Below, in pieces: positions 36,380-49,080 of a DNA stretch of 64,000 bases. Location: the NCBI GenBank assembly GCA_964252035.1, contig OZ176206.1; one strand, 5' to 3'. The stretch is from Podarcis erhardii. Its lineage: Eukaryota. The translations under genes and the position numbers were made by a program. A model generated the notes under the pieces. That model did no database searches and was not told the DNA's origin. It worked only from the letters and a program-made list of their open reading frames with translations. How positions within the stretch are numbered: position 1 is the first letter of the stretch; every line of letters starts with the position of its first letter.

Positions 36380-36587
36380 TGTGGTGTAGTGGTTAAGAGC
36401 GGTAGTCTCGTAATCTGGGGAACTGGGTTCGTGTCTCCGCTCCTCCACATGCAGCTGCTGGGTGACCTTGGGCCAGTCACACTTCTTTGAAGTCTCTCAG
36501 CCCCACTCACCTCACAGAGTTGTGGGGGAGGAAGGGAAAGGAGAATGTTAGCCGCTTTGAGACTCCTGAAGGGGAGTGAAAGGCGGG
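36380..36587 (+). mobile_element. tRNA-derived SINE with L2-like tail (Squam3-like), running into the assembly gap
   Basis: A-box tggtgtagtggtt, B-box-like ggttcgtgtc, tail gttagccgctttgagactcc...aggcggg. Confidence 0.75.
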
Positions 36588-36719
36588 NNNNNNNNNNNNN
36601 NNNNNNNNNNNNNNNNNNNNNNNNNNNNNNNNNNNNNNNNNNNNNNNNNNNNNNNNNNNNNNNNNNNNNNNNNNNNNNNNNNNNNNNNNNNNNNNNNNNN
36701 NNNNNNNNNNNNNNNNNNN
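36588..36719. other. Assembly gap (132 N)
   Basis: Run of N characters. Confidence 0.99.
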
Positions 36720-37150
36720 AACTCCTCAGGAAATTGACTGACAGCGGGGTCAGACTAAAGGCACACTATATTTTTGGCCTCAAGTTATTTATTTATTTCC
36801 TAAGATTTAGATACTTTTCATTGTAGAAAACCTCAAAGTTGTTTATAAGAAGTATAAAACAATAACATTATTGGTAAAAAAAATTTAAAAGCAATAATTT
36901 GAAACATTCAAATCAGCAACAAACTAAAAACAAATTAAAACACACATCAACATTCTAGATATCAGGGTAAGCTTGGCTAAACAAAAATATTTTTAGCAGA
37001 CACTGAAAAGTATACAGTGAAGGTGCCAGCCCAATGTCGGTAGGCAGGGAGTTCTGAAGTGCAGGTGCTGCCACATAACAAAATTGATTTTTTACAAATG
37101 CAGAACAGGTAATGGGGTAGCTGTAACAGTGCCAGTTCTGCAGATTGAAG

Positions 37151-37404
37151 TGGTCCCTGCTCCTGCAAACCTAGCAGCTCGAAAGCACATCAAAATGCAA
37201 GTAGATAAATAGGTACCACTCCGACGGGAAGGTAAACGGCGTTTCCGTGCACTGCTCTGGTTTGCCAGAAGCGGCTTGGTCAGGCTGGCCACACAACCCA
37301 GAAGCTGTACGCCAGCTCCCTCGGCCAATAAAGCGAGATGAGCACTGCAACCCCAGAGTCGGCCACGACTGGACCTAATGGTCAGGGGTCCCTTTGCCTT
37401 TACC
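37151..37404 (+). mobile_element. 5'-truncated Sauria-type SINE
   Basis: Body and tail match the other copies; head missing. Confidence 0.85.
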
Positions 37405-38903
37405 TATGACTGTTTATAAAGTGGACCTGCATTAGTAATTTCTCTTAATTCTCCTGCTCTGAGTAGGAACAGCATTGATTACAGCCCCAAGTTCATTTAT
37501 ATTATTCAGTGTATTAGTGGTCTGGTGGTGTGTTTGTGTTTTGACATTCTTTTCTAGCAAAATCTGAAAAAGGTGCCGGCTTTCTGCAAAGCTTGATTGC
37601 CTGGAATCGCTTCTGGCTCTCTGTAGACAACCAGATAAGGGGGCAGTTAGCATCATCTGCTTGTAGTCCTGCTAGCTTGCAAGCAGATAGCTAGGCCAGC
37701 ATGGATTAAGGGAAAATAGCCACCCACTGGTGTTTGTCCCCAGTGCTTGATAGTCAACATGCCGCCTCTCACTTCCGTTCTTTGCTGTCATGGCTGAGGA
37801 CGAATGACAAACTTCTTTTCCAGAATTCTGCGAGGTGGATTAGCCTGAACTCCTCTAAGCCCAGTGAGCAACATCACTCCCCTTCTGGACTCTCCTCAGG
37901 AGGCTTCCAGTCAGCCAGAGTTAGGAAGAATTAAAGCATGGGATAGCAGCAGATAAAGCAATAAGAAGAAACCTACTAGGAGTGAAGAAAAGTTGGCTCT
38001 GGGGCAGCTTGACAATCTTGGAGAAAAAAGGGGATTTTAGGAAGGACTTTTTAAAACATGGTTTCGGCTTCAGAAGCAGAATCTTCACCATGAAAGGCAT
38101 TGTAGGGGCAGAAGGTTTAGGTTGGGGAGAGCAAGAAAGATTGGGGGAAAATTTGAGAGGAGGTGCAGCTGGTTGTAGAGCCCTGCATTTAAGGACGAGG
38201 AACTTCTAGATTGGCTGAGAGAAGTGGCAAGGAGCCAGCACAAAGATTCAACAGGTGTGAGACAAAATCAGGGTGTTGGGTGAGGGGGAAAAGGGTTTGG
38301 GGAAACATGTGATGTTGTGCAATTTCTTCTCTATGTGGGACTCACCTGATGTTGCGAAGAGGATGTCTGCTTTTGCAGTGAGCATCGGCACCAATAGGGA
38401 AAGAAAACATGTTTATGGTTATTGTCACCTCCTGTAAGGCATCTAAAGCTGTTAGCTAGAGGGGTAACCATGTTAGTCTGTAGCTGCAAAAACAACAAAA
38501 GAGTCTTACTAAATTTATTATGGGACAAACGGTTTGTGGACAAGAATCTGCTGAGAAACAATTTCTTACCTCTTTACTGCGTTCCTCAGTACTTTAATTT
38601 CTCCTTTTGGGTGGCAGGGACCAGAGTATAGTCAGTGTGATCTACCCTGAATCTTTTGGTTAAGTTTAGACTCCAGCCAAGATGAAAAATCTGGGTTTGG
38701 GGAGGGACAGCTGCCTGTTTCACCCCTCCCCTACATTTGGCAGCCTGTGAGACATTAGTTTTATTTATTTGTTATAGAAACTTATATACTGCATTTCAAG
38801 TATAGGAAAATAGCTAAAGCAGTTTTCAGCATATCAAAATAATACAAGAGCCCTCAAAATTTCCTCTCTGGTGCATGTGCCAGGATTTCTTGAACAACAG
38901 TAA

Positions 38904-39116
<213 letters not shown>

Positions 39117-40254
39117 TAACTGAACGCATCTCCCACACAGATTGCAAACAGAAGATCTGGTTGCTTTGATGCCACCTTTGGAAATGGGAGGCACTTCTAT
39201 CTTGTTCAGGACTTCTGTTTCGGAGTGTGTTTTTGACAGGCAGGATATGCCTCGTGCTGTCGAAAGGCTGCTTGCAAATACACTACTAACGGGAGCATCT
39301 GCTGTTGTCTCTGATCTCTCCAGCTAGCATGGAGGACAAGGCTATTGATGGCTGCTAGCCGTGATGGCTGTGCTCTGTGCTCCAGAGTCTGAGGCAGTAA
39401 CGCTTGTGAAGTGCTCTTGTGGCTGGAAACCGAAGGAGGGGAGAGTGCTCTTCTGCTCTGCTCTTTCTAACTGTTTTCCCACTGGGGCATCAGATTGGCC
39501 GTGGTGATAACAGGAGGCTGGACCAAATGGGCCACTGGCCTGATCCAGCAAGCTCTTTTCTTGTTCGTGCTGCATACATTTGGTTGCAATTGGTTTTGGA
39601 TCCTGCAGGAGGCTATTGTTGGTTCTGGGTGGGGAACCTGGTACCCTCCAGAGAATGTTAGATTCCAGCTCCCATCAGCCATAGCCAGTGTGGCCAGATT
39701 GGTCAGGGATGATGGGACTTGTAGTCCAATGGCCTCAGCAGGGCCACCAGTTCCTTATTCTTGCTTTGTGTCTGTTTTGGAACAGCCTGGTTTGGAGTGG
39801 GCAGATCTTGGAGCTCTGTGTATGTGTGTGTATCTGAAGTTTGTGTGGCAAAGCCTGATGCCTGTTTGCTTGTGGCATTGCTGTTTTGCTGCAGTGCATA
39901 CATTCAGCTCTGAACAAAGTGACTAGGTATGTGCTTGCACTAATGCTTTGTCTCAGTCAGACTGCTGGGCCATCCATCTCAGTGCTTTCCACCCTGACTG
40001 GCAGCAGCACTCCAGGGCTTCAGATGAGGACTCTTCTCAGAGTATCGCCAGTAGTTTGGATACCCTAGTGGGCTGTCCCTTTTCCTTGTTGGTTGTGCAT
40101 TCTTTCAAAGGCTTCTATGTATTATAAATCCTTTCTTGCTTCTGCCATTGTCTGTATTATACATGCAGATTTATGCAAATGTAAATTTATTAATCACTCT
40201 TTGGGGAAAAGGAACCACCTTAGGCAGAGGTGAGGAGTCTGTGACCCTCCAGTT

Positions 40255-40577
40255 CAGGGGTCAGCAAACTTACCGTGCCTCGGGCCGGTGTCTCCAGCAC
40301 TGATTGCGCGGTGGGCCGGAGGACAGGGGAGTGCATGCCCATACGCTATTTCCAGTGCACTTCCGGGTCGGAGGAGCACCGGAAATAGCTTGTGTGCATG
40401 TGCACAGGCCTCCGACCCGGATGTGCACCGGAAATAACGCTCATGTGCAAATAATGCTTCCGCATGCGCACAAGCTATTTCTGGTGCTCCTCTGACCTGG
40501 AAGTGGGCGGCCACACAGCGGCGGTAAGAGCGGGTGGTGGCCGGGGTCGACCGCAGGCCTTAGTTTGGGGACGTCTG
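40255..40577. mobile_element. hAT non-autonomous element
   Basis: CAGGGGTCAGCAAAC...GTTTGGGGACGTCTG; TSD ctccagtt/ctccaatt (7/8); internal ccggaaata/cttccggg repeats. Confidence 0.85.
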
Positions 40578-41228
40578 CTCCAATTGTTGCTGAACAATTG
40601 GTCCCATCGTCCCTGACCATTCCGGCTGGGCCTGATGGACATTGAAGCCACGTGGCAGCCAGAGAGCTGCAGCTCCCTTTCTCTGGTCTGCACTGAGTGG
40701 CAGCAACTCTCCACAGTCTGGGGTAGAGAGAAGAGTTTGCCAAGCCTGCTGCCTCAGAGATTTCCATGAGAGATGCCCAGGATTGAACTCTGGACCTTTT
40801 GTGCTCTGGCGCTAAACTACGACCCTCCAGAACATCAAGGATGTGGAACCTGTGTCCCGTCCTCAGGTGTTGTTGGCCCATCATCCCTGACTAGAAAAGA
40901 TGAGAGATGGAGGACCATAGGTTCCCCATTGTTGATCTAGGCATCCTTTAATTGGCTGGTGGCCTCACATTGTTCACAGGTGAATATTATGGGTCATGGT
41001 TCTTCTCAAGATTTGTGAGAATTACGCTGGAAGTCTCTCATTAACCTTTGTTGGGTTTTAGACCTTTAGAAATTGGCAGTGGTGCCTCCTTTTTCAGGAC
41101 ATTTGCATGTCCAGTTTTGTTGCAGAACAGCCTTCCCCAAGCCTGTGCCCTCCAGATGTTTTGGGACTTCAGAGTTCAAAGCCTCTGGAGGACACCAGCT
41201 TTGGGGAGGGCTAGTATAGTGGTCGCAA

Positions 41229-41610
41229 GGGACGCGAGTGGTGCTGTGGTCTAAACCATTGAGCCTCTTGAGCTTGCCGATCAGAAGGTTGGCAGTTCGA
41301 ATCCCCGCAACGGGGTGAGCTCCCGTTGTTCGGTCCCAGCTCCTGCCAACCTAGCAGTTTGAAAACACGCCCCAAAAAAGTGCAAGTATATAAATAGGTC
41401 CTGCTCCAGCAGGAAGGTAAACGGCATTTCCGTGCACTGCTCTGGTTTCGGTGTTCCGATGCACCAGAAGCGGCTTAGTCATGCTGGCCACATGACCCAG
41501 AAAAACTGTCTGTGGACAAATGCCAGCTCCCTCGACCTGTAAAGTGAGATGAGTGCTGCAACCCCAGAATCGTCGTGTGACTGGACTTAACTGTCAGGGG
41601 TCCTTTACCT
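41229..41610 (+). mobile_element. Sauria-type SINE (longer subfamily variant)
   Basis: Full head gggacgcg..., extra internal segments (ggtttcggtgttccg; aaaaactgtctgtggacaaa), tail gtcaggggtcctttacct. Confidence 0.88.
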
Positions 41611-42044
41611 AGTGTAGTGATCGGGATTTTGGACTAAGACCAGGGAGACTTTGGTTTAAAGCCCTGCCTATACAGCCATGATGCTCGCAGACTGATCTTT
41701 GATCAGTTACTGTCTCTCAGCCTGTCTTGCAGGGTTGTTGTAGGGATGAAATGGATTGGTGGGACCAGTTTCACCGACTTTATCTTCCTAGAGGGAGCAA
41801 TGGCAACACAAACATGTTCTTGAAAATAAATAAAAGGTTAGGCATCGCCTCATAACAGTCGCTCTTCAAGTGCTTGTTGTTTCTTTAGAGCATTTGTTAT
41901 CCACTTTTCAGGCAGAAAGCCTCCCAGAGTGGCCAGCATACAGTCATTTAAAACGAGACAGTCCCTTCCTGCAGGTTTACAACCTTAAAAAATGGAGCAC
42001 GCAAGGGAAAAGGGACGGGGAGGGTAGAGGAAAAAACAAATTAA

Positions 42045-42224
<180 letters not shown>

Positions 42225-42633
42225 TAAGGAGCCATGCGGGGTTAAAAGACTGGGGTGGGGTGGCTTTGACTTAAAGGGCCCTCTGGCCCTCTTGTGTTGT
42301 ACAATTGGCTGCAGGTGCAGGCTGAGAAAAGAGGATCACCCAATTAAGCTTATGTGCTGCTTCATACAATACATTTTACTCATTGCCACAGGGATGAGTG
42401 CCTTTAAAAGGGGATTCTTGGAGGAGGAGGAGGTGGGGAGAAATCTATTCATGGCTGCTATTCATAAGGACTATTTAGAATATCCATCTTCAGAGAAATC
42501 TTGCCTCTGAATTACCAGTTGGTGAGGTGCAATAGTGGAAGAGGGCTATTTATTTATTTGTTCATTTAATTACTTCCCCACTTTACCATAAGGAAGGTCT
42601 ATGGGCGAGATGCAACATTAAAATACACAGTTA

Positions 42634-42805
42634 CAGTGGTACCTCTGGTTGCGAACGGGATCCGTTCTAGAGGTCCAGCCGAGATTTTCGCAACCGGAGG
42701 AGAAGCGGTAGACTGCTTCTGTGCATGCGAAACACTTCTGGATTTGCCGCTTTCGCAACCTGAAGTTTACGTTACCTGAGGGTAACGTAACCCGAGGTTT
42801 TACTG
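42634..42805. mobile_element. Tc1/mariner (Tigger-like) MITE
   Basis: TA|CAGTGGTACCTC...GAGGTTTTACTG|TA. Confidence 0.8.
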
Positions 42806-43750
42806 TATGTTTAAAAAGCCTTGAATCAAAAAAGTGTGAAAACAATATAAAACAGTTCTATATATAAAACATTTCCAATAAAAATGTTATCGTGCAGCCC
42901 CTGTTTGAGGATTTGTAGTGTCGCAACACAATCCTGGCAGGTGGGATAGAAGAACAAAAGTGGTGGAGGTTTGAGTAGAGCAGGGATGGAGTAACACTGA
43001 GAGGAATGAATGAATGAATAAATAGTTATTTGCATCAGCCACCAGCCATAGCAATAAAACAAACAAAATGCGGTATACAAAGAATAAAGGTAAAAAGTCA
43101 CTTATATAAAGTACGTTTTTAGGGTTTTGATCAATAGTCAAATAATGGATCTTATTCTAATTGCCCCAGCTAAAAACCTTGCAACCTGAACACTGAGAGG
43201 AAAACATGGAAGTTTGAGTACAGTGAGCAGGTGGTGTCATGGAGGGCAGGATAGAGACAGTTTAAAACAAGATTTGAGTACAGTGAGAAGGAGGGTTGGA
43301 AAGGCTCTGTTGTGCTGGTTTGTGGGGGGACTGACAGGAGTTGAAAGTCCAAAAATATTTTTAGAGAAATGCAGGCCCTCCCATTCCATGTATAAATGAA
43401 GCCAAACTGCTCATTTAACAAACTTGAATATATATTTTTTCCTTGGCTTGGGGTTTTGAAGAATGCAAGCCCATGAAACCAGTTCCTTACCCTCTGGGTG
43501 TCCTACTGAGTTCTTCCTCTAAGCCTTGGAGATTTCAGTCGGTGTTGCCAACTCAACTTCACACCCAGAAACAGGAAGTTGGAAATGTGATTTCTTAAAA
43601 AATAAAATGACAAGAAAGTTAAGGGTTTTTTGGGTTGTCCAAATTTTACCCACATTTGCAGATATCATGCCTTTGGGGGATCTTGGGCTGCTGCATCCCC
43701 CATCAGGCGACTGAGATCCTGTTGCCGTTGACTCAGCTTGAATTATTTAA

Positions 43751-43996
<246 letters not shown>

Positions 43997-44040
43997 ATGC
44001 AAAGGAATCTGGCAATATTTTGTACATTCACTTTTCCTTC

Positions 44041-44046
44041 AATAAA
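44041..44046 (+). terminator. RPL22: RPL22 polyadenylation signal
   Basis: AATAAA 45 nt after the stop, followed by a GU/U-rich stretch. Confidence 0.8.
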
Positions 44047-44747
44047 ATGCGGTGAAAGTTGTTATAACATTTCTGCTTGTGTGTTTCTGTCTGGATTGCA
44101 GTCTGCCATGTAAACACAGAATAGATGTCCGCACCAAAAGCTTCCCCTGTTCTTTGCTGCCCTCTACGGATAGATGGTGGTATGGGCTTGGGGTAGGGAT
44201 CCCCAACTTTTTTCTTTGCCCAAGCAGAGCCAGCCCACCTGTGGCGTGGGGCGAAGTGGCCCCTGTGGGCACCTCTGCCACTGCCAGAAAGGCAGCTCTG
44301 GCAGCCGAAACCTCACAAAATCTCTCCAGGGTAGTGGCGCCACAGTCTCGTTCCCATTTCTGATGTGCCCAAGAACCCACTTAGAAATCTCAAACTCAGG
44401 ATCGCTGCAAAGGGCCCATTTTGTAGAAGAAAAAACTGGCGATGCTCGGAAACACCGCCTCTCCCCATAGGGGAAAACAACTACCCACCCCACCCCAAAA
44501 GAAATAAAACACTGGGAGGAAAGACCACCCCCAAAGGTTGGGCAAGCCCTTCACTCCCCCAACCAAACTATCTTCTCCACAAGCTAAAGCACCTCAAGTT
44601 AAAATTGGGAAGGTGTTGGGTGCTGGTGTTTGAGAGGGTCATCGTACCTGCGGGTGCCAGCCTAGGAGACTCTGGGCTGGGGAAGGTTCATCCCCTTGTA
44701 TTGGGGTGGGATGAAAGAGCTGCTGCAATTCAGGTGTGGGGAACCTA

Positions 44748-45127
44748 CAGGTGAAATTCGAAAAATTAGAATATCGTGGAAAAGTTCCTTGATTTCAGTA
44801 ATTCCAACTTGAAAGGTGAAACTAATATATGAGATAGACTCGTGACATGCAAAGCGAGATATGTCAAGCCTTGATTTGTTATCATTGTGATGATCATGGC
44901 GTACAGCTGATGAAAATGCCAAATTAACAATCTCAGAAAATTAGAATATTCAAGGAAATCAGCAAAACAAGGATTGCAAATCAAGCAAGATTGGACCTCT
45001 GAGAAGTGGAAGCACATCTCGCTTTGCATGTCATGAGTCGATCTCATATATTAGTTTCACCATTCAAGTTGAAGTACTGAAATCAATGAACTTTTCCACA
45101 ATATTCTAATTTTTCGAGTTTCACCTG
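44748..45127. mobile_element. Tc1-like non-autonomous element with IR/DR ends
   Basis: TA TSD; about 112-bp matching terminal inverted repeats; direct repeat aaaattagaatat at the outer (about 44762) and inner (about 44937) positions of the left end. Confidence 0.85.
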
Positions 45128-46144
45128 TAACTACCAAGTCCTGTCTGCCCCAGGAAGCATGGTCAAGGTTGATGTTGGGAGTTGTATTTCATCAGTGTCT
45201 AGATTCCTAAAGGCTCCCCACACTTGCTGTGATGGAAAAGGCTTCATAATTGGAGAGGGGGGTGCAGAGCATGTGTTTGTATAATAGGGAAGAGGAGGCT
45301 GGTTTCAGAGGGAGGGGGGATGTATGAAACAGTGTGTAGAGTATTGAAGGTGGTTGGGTTTGAGGTTTTGACAGGTGCACTAGTGGCTTGCCAGAGGGTC
45401 TGGAAACCAAGTCTTAGGAGGAACAGCTGAGGAAATTGGGGACGTTCAGAGAGAAGACTTTGGAGGTGATATGACTGCCCCCTTCAAATAGCTAAAGGGC
45501 TGCCACATGGAAAATCTGAGCGAGCTTGTTTTTGGCTGCTCCACAGGGGAAGAACCCAAACAAAAGGATTCAAATGGCAAGAAATGAGATTCTGACTAAA
45601 CTTTAGGAATAACTTTCTGACAGTAGAGAGGGGTTTGACAGTGGGTCAGAGTCTCTTGGACTTTTAAGCAGAGATTTGACGGCCATCGGTCAGGGGTTCT
45701 TTAGCTGCAATTTCTGAATTGCAGGGGTTGGTCTGGATGACCCTTGGGGATCCCTTCGAACTATACGCCCTGCTTTGTGGACCATGCTGGCACCACGGAA
45801 CCTCTGCTACCCCAAGGCCATGCCTCTAGCTCCCTGGCTACTCCTTCCTACCTCTGTCCTTATTTCAAGTTTTGCTTAGATCTTCTTGCAGCTGGGTGGA
45901 ATGAGATGAGTTGGAGAGCAAATGCAGTTTGCTGGCTGTGAAGGAAATTCCCACGTTGACTGTTGCAGCAAACTTGTGGAAGAGGGGTTTCTTTTGCCAG
46001 GCAAACTCTTCTTTTTGCTTCTGAGGAACAGAAGAGGTTGAGGAAAGCTTTTTCCCCAGATTTTTTTTTTAAAAAAATTAAAAATCCCCAATATTAAGTT
46101 TGCCAAGCTGTGCAGGGTGAACATCCAAGTACTCTGGCTATTGT

Positions 46145-46303
46145 TACAGATAGGTAGCCGTGTTGGTCTGCCATAGTCAAAACAAAACAAATTCCTTCCA
46201 GTAGCACCTTAAAGACCAACTAAGTCAGTTCTTGGTATGAGCTTTCGTGTGCATGCACACTTCTTCAGATACACATATCTCTACTGGAAGGAATTTGTTT
46301 TGT
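46145..46303 (-). mobile_element. Short Penelope-like element (pLTR fragment with inverted tip)
   Basis: 12-bp TSD tctggctattgt (46133-46144 / 46304-46315); 46147-46274 is identical to the reverse complement of 54867-54994; 46281-46303 is an inverted piece. Confidence 0.8.
46235..46272 (-). ncRNA. Minimal type I hammerhead ribozyme motif
   Basis: Minus strand reads GUAU-CUGAAGA-A-GUGUGCAUGCACAC-GAAA-GCUC-AUAC. Confidence 0.75.
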
Positions 46304-47157
46304 TCTGGCTATTGTGTCAGCCAGTAGTTAAGGAAAGCAATAAGAGATATTTTTAATTTATTAAATACTGCTAAGCTGGCATTTCACACCAAATATTAAG
46401 GATGCTTAACAGTATTTCAGAAGTTGGTTGGAGGTGCTGCAAGTGTCGTTAGTCCAACCCCCTGCAATACAGGAAGCTTTTGCACAATGTGGAGCTCGAA
46501 TCCACAACCCTGAGATTAAGAGACTCAGGTTCTGACTGAACTATCCCAGAGTGGCTTCCTAGAAAGAATAATGGGAACTGTAGTTTGTTAAGGTGCTGGG
46601 AATTGTAGGTCTATGAAGGGGGGGAACTACGATTCCCAGGATTCTTTGGGGAGAAATCATGAGCTTTAAGAATGGGTATAATTTGCTTTCAATGTATGGT
46701 GTAATCTACCTGCAAACAAAACCAGACTGAATGCTTAATTAACTGGTCATCTGGAAGAGAGCAGCATAATAAGCAAAGCCTACTGGCTTCTGGTTGCCTT
46801 AGTTTTGGAGAGATACATCCTAAAGGTGAGGGATCATTTGGGATCCGGTCCAAGTTTGGGTCCTTGGGGCTGCTAGATTGGCTGTGGAAGCCTCCATTTG
46901 ACTTTCTGTTCTGCCACAAACCTCCCCAGGGTGGCTGTGGGGCTTTCCCAGGGACCCAATTTGCTGCTTCCCTTGTGGGCTGCCAGCTTCTTCGCCTTCA
47001 GAATATCCGAAGCGAGGAAGCCCTGAGTTCGAATCCTCACTTGGGCACGGGTCACACCAGTCTCCTCCCTGTCCTCCTTCAGGTTAACCAGTGTCATCTC
47101 TGAATACCATCTGCTGGGGAATACAAATAGGAAGAGAGTGTGCCTGCCCAGTGTGTA

Positions 47158-47506
47158 AAAGGTAAAGGGATCCCTGACCATTAGGTCCAGTTGTGACCGA
47201 CTCTGGGGTTGCGGCGCTCATCTCGCTTTATTGGCCGAGGGAGCCGGTGTACAGCTTCTGGGTCATGTAGCCAACATGACTAAGCCACTTCTGGCGAACC
47301 AGAGCAGCGCACAGAAATGCCATTTACCTTCCCACTGGAGTGGTACCTATTTAACTACTTGCACTTTGACGTGCTTTTGAACTGCTAGGTTGGCAGGAGC
47401 AGGGACCGAGCAACGGGAGCTCACCCTGTCGTGGGGATTCGAACCGCCGACCTTCTGATTGGCAAATCCTAGGCTCTGTGGTTTAACCCACAGCACCACC
47501 CATGTC
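47158..47506 (-). mobile_element. Sauria-type SINE with 15-bp TSD
   Basis: TSD cctgcccagtgtgta (47143-47157 / 47507-47521). Confidence 0.92.
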
Positions 47507-47519
47507 CCTGCCCAGTGTG

Positions 47520-48080
47520 TAGTGGCTATGAAAAAGGCAAATTCCATGCTAGGGATCATCAGGAAAGGAATGGAAACTTTTGACATCATAGTGCCGTTAT
47601 AGAAATCTATGGCACATTTGCAGTACTGTGTGTGGTTCTGGTCACCTCACCTCAAAAAGGATATTGCAGAGTTGGAGAAGGTTCAGGAAAGGGCAAGCAA
47701 AATGATCAAGGAAAAGCTTCAGAGTTTGGGACTTTTCAGAGAAACGGTGAATAAGAGGGGACGTGATGGAACTGTAGAAAGTTCTCTCTCATAATACTCA
47801 GGGATGTCCAAGAATGCTGGAAGATGCAGGACAGATAAGAGGAAGTCTTCCTTCTGGCAGTGCATGAACTATGGAACTCCCTCCCACAGGAGAAAGAGAT
47901 GGCCATCAACCCAGAGGACTGGGCAAATTTATGGCTGCCAATGGCTACTAACCCTGATGGCTATGTTCTGCCTTCACTGTTGCAGGCAGCAGACCCCCCT
48001 GAATAACAGTTGCTGGGAATCGCAGTTGGGCAAAAGGTGCTCCTGTTCTTGGGTCCCACTTGCAGGTTCCCCATAGACAT
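47520..48080 (+). mobile_element. CR1 LINE 3' fragment
   Basis: [32 protein letters not shown] remnant followed by CR1 3' sequence. Confidence 0.8.
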
Positions 48081-48479
48081 CTCCCACTGCAAGAACAGGA
48101 GGTTGGTCTGTTATTTATTTGTTGCATCGGTATCCCACCTTTCCTCCCCACTTTGTCCTTACAACAACCCCGTGAGGTAGATTAGGCAGGGAGTGAGTGG
48201 CTGGCCCAAGGTCATCCTGTGAGCTTAGTGGCCAAGTGGAGATTTGAAGCCTGGACTCTAACCATGACGCCACCACGGGTTCTCTAGCCTTGATGGGCTT
48301 TTGGCACGGCTTTTTAGAGAAAAGCTTAAATAAATGGTCCTTTAAAAAGAAAAACAAATGCCAAATCAAAGTATCTCCCCTCAGAAATATTGTGATCCTT
48401 TTCTCATATCGCATTCTCCCTGCAGGATCAACCCTCTCAACCCCAACCCATCTTTCCCACCCTGCGCCTCTCACTTTCC

Positions 48480-49080
48480 TGGTGCGTAAAAATCTCCGCG
48501 GGGAGGATTCTTGGAGGGGCGTTTGTGCGTGTTTGGGGAGGTGGGAAGGGGGCTTGCTTTGGCTGTCTACCGAGAGAGATGCTGCCGCCGCTGCCGCCGC
48601 CGCCGGTGGTGGTGTGCCCAAAATGATGGGATGCGGTTGCCAAGGTAACCAGACTGGACGTCAGCGCGCGCGCCTGGGCATGTGTGCGCGGCCGCCGCTC
48701 CGGGCTGGCTTGTGCGAGGTGGGTCCAGCGCGCTCCTCCTCCTCCTCCTGCGCGGTTGCGGATCGCGGCGGGGCAGGCAGCGGCAAGAAGGAGGAGGAGG
48801 AGGAGGAGGAAGAAGAAGAGGGGCCGATCTCTGCCCCCCTCCCGCGCGCCGGGCTCTCGAGCACCCCCTCTCCATCCCTCCCCAGTCGCTGCAGCGGCCA
48901 TCTTCGCTGCCTCGCCCTCCGCAGCGCAACGTGCGCACCGGGCGGAGGCGGACGCCGCTCGGCTCGCGGAGCGATGCGCGGCGCGGAGGAGCCGCAGATC
49001 GCGGAGGACATGTCAGGTAGGTGGAGAAAGCGTGGGGAGGAATAAGGGGGGGGGGACAAAACCTGACCCGAGTGGACGCT
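48480..49080 (+). promoter_or_regulatory. CHD5: CHD5 CpG-island promoter / 5'UTR
   Basis: Very CpG-rich; RFX X-box GTTGCCAAGGTAAC (48636-48649); YY1-like cggccatctt (48895-48904); (GAG/GAA)n and (GCC)n runs. Confidence 0.85.
48974..49016 (+). CDS. CHD5: CHD5 exon 1 coding part (chromodomain helicase DNA-binding protein 5)
   Basis: ATG CGC GGC...ATG TCA G|gtaggt; MRGAEEPQIAEDMS; phase 1 fits exon 2; recalled human N-terminus is MRG...EMS. Confidence 0.85.

Noticed and set aside
36380-36460. tRNA-like A/B boxes (also at 55570 and in Sauria SINE heads)
   Set aside because: No full cloverleaf or poly-T terminator; they continue into SINE bodies and LINE-derived tails.
44905-44920. ctgatgaaaa resembling a hammerhead core or C box
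   Set aside because: No stem II/GAAA partner; part of the Tc1 terminal repeat.
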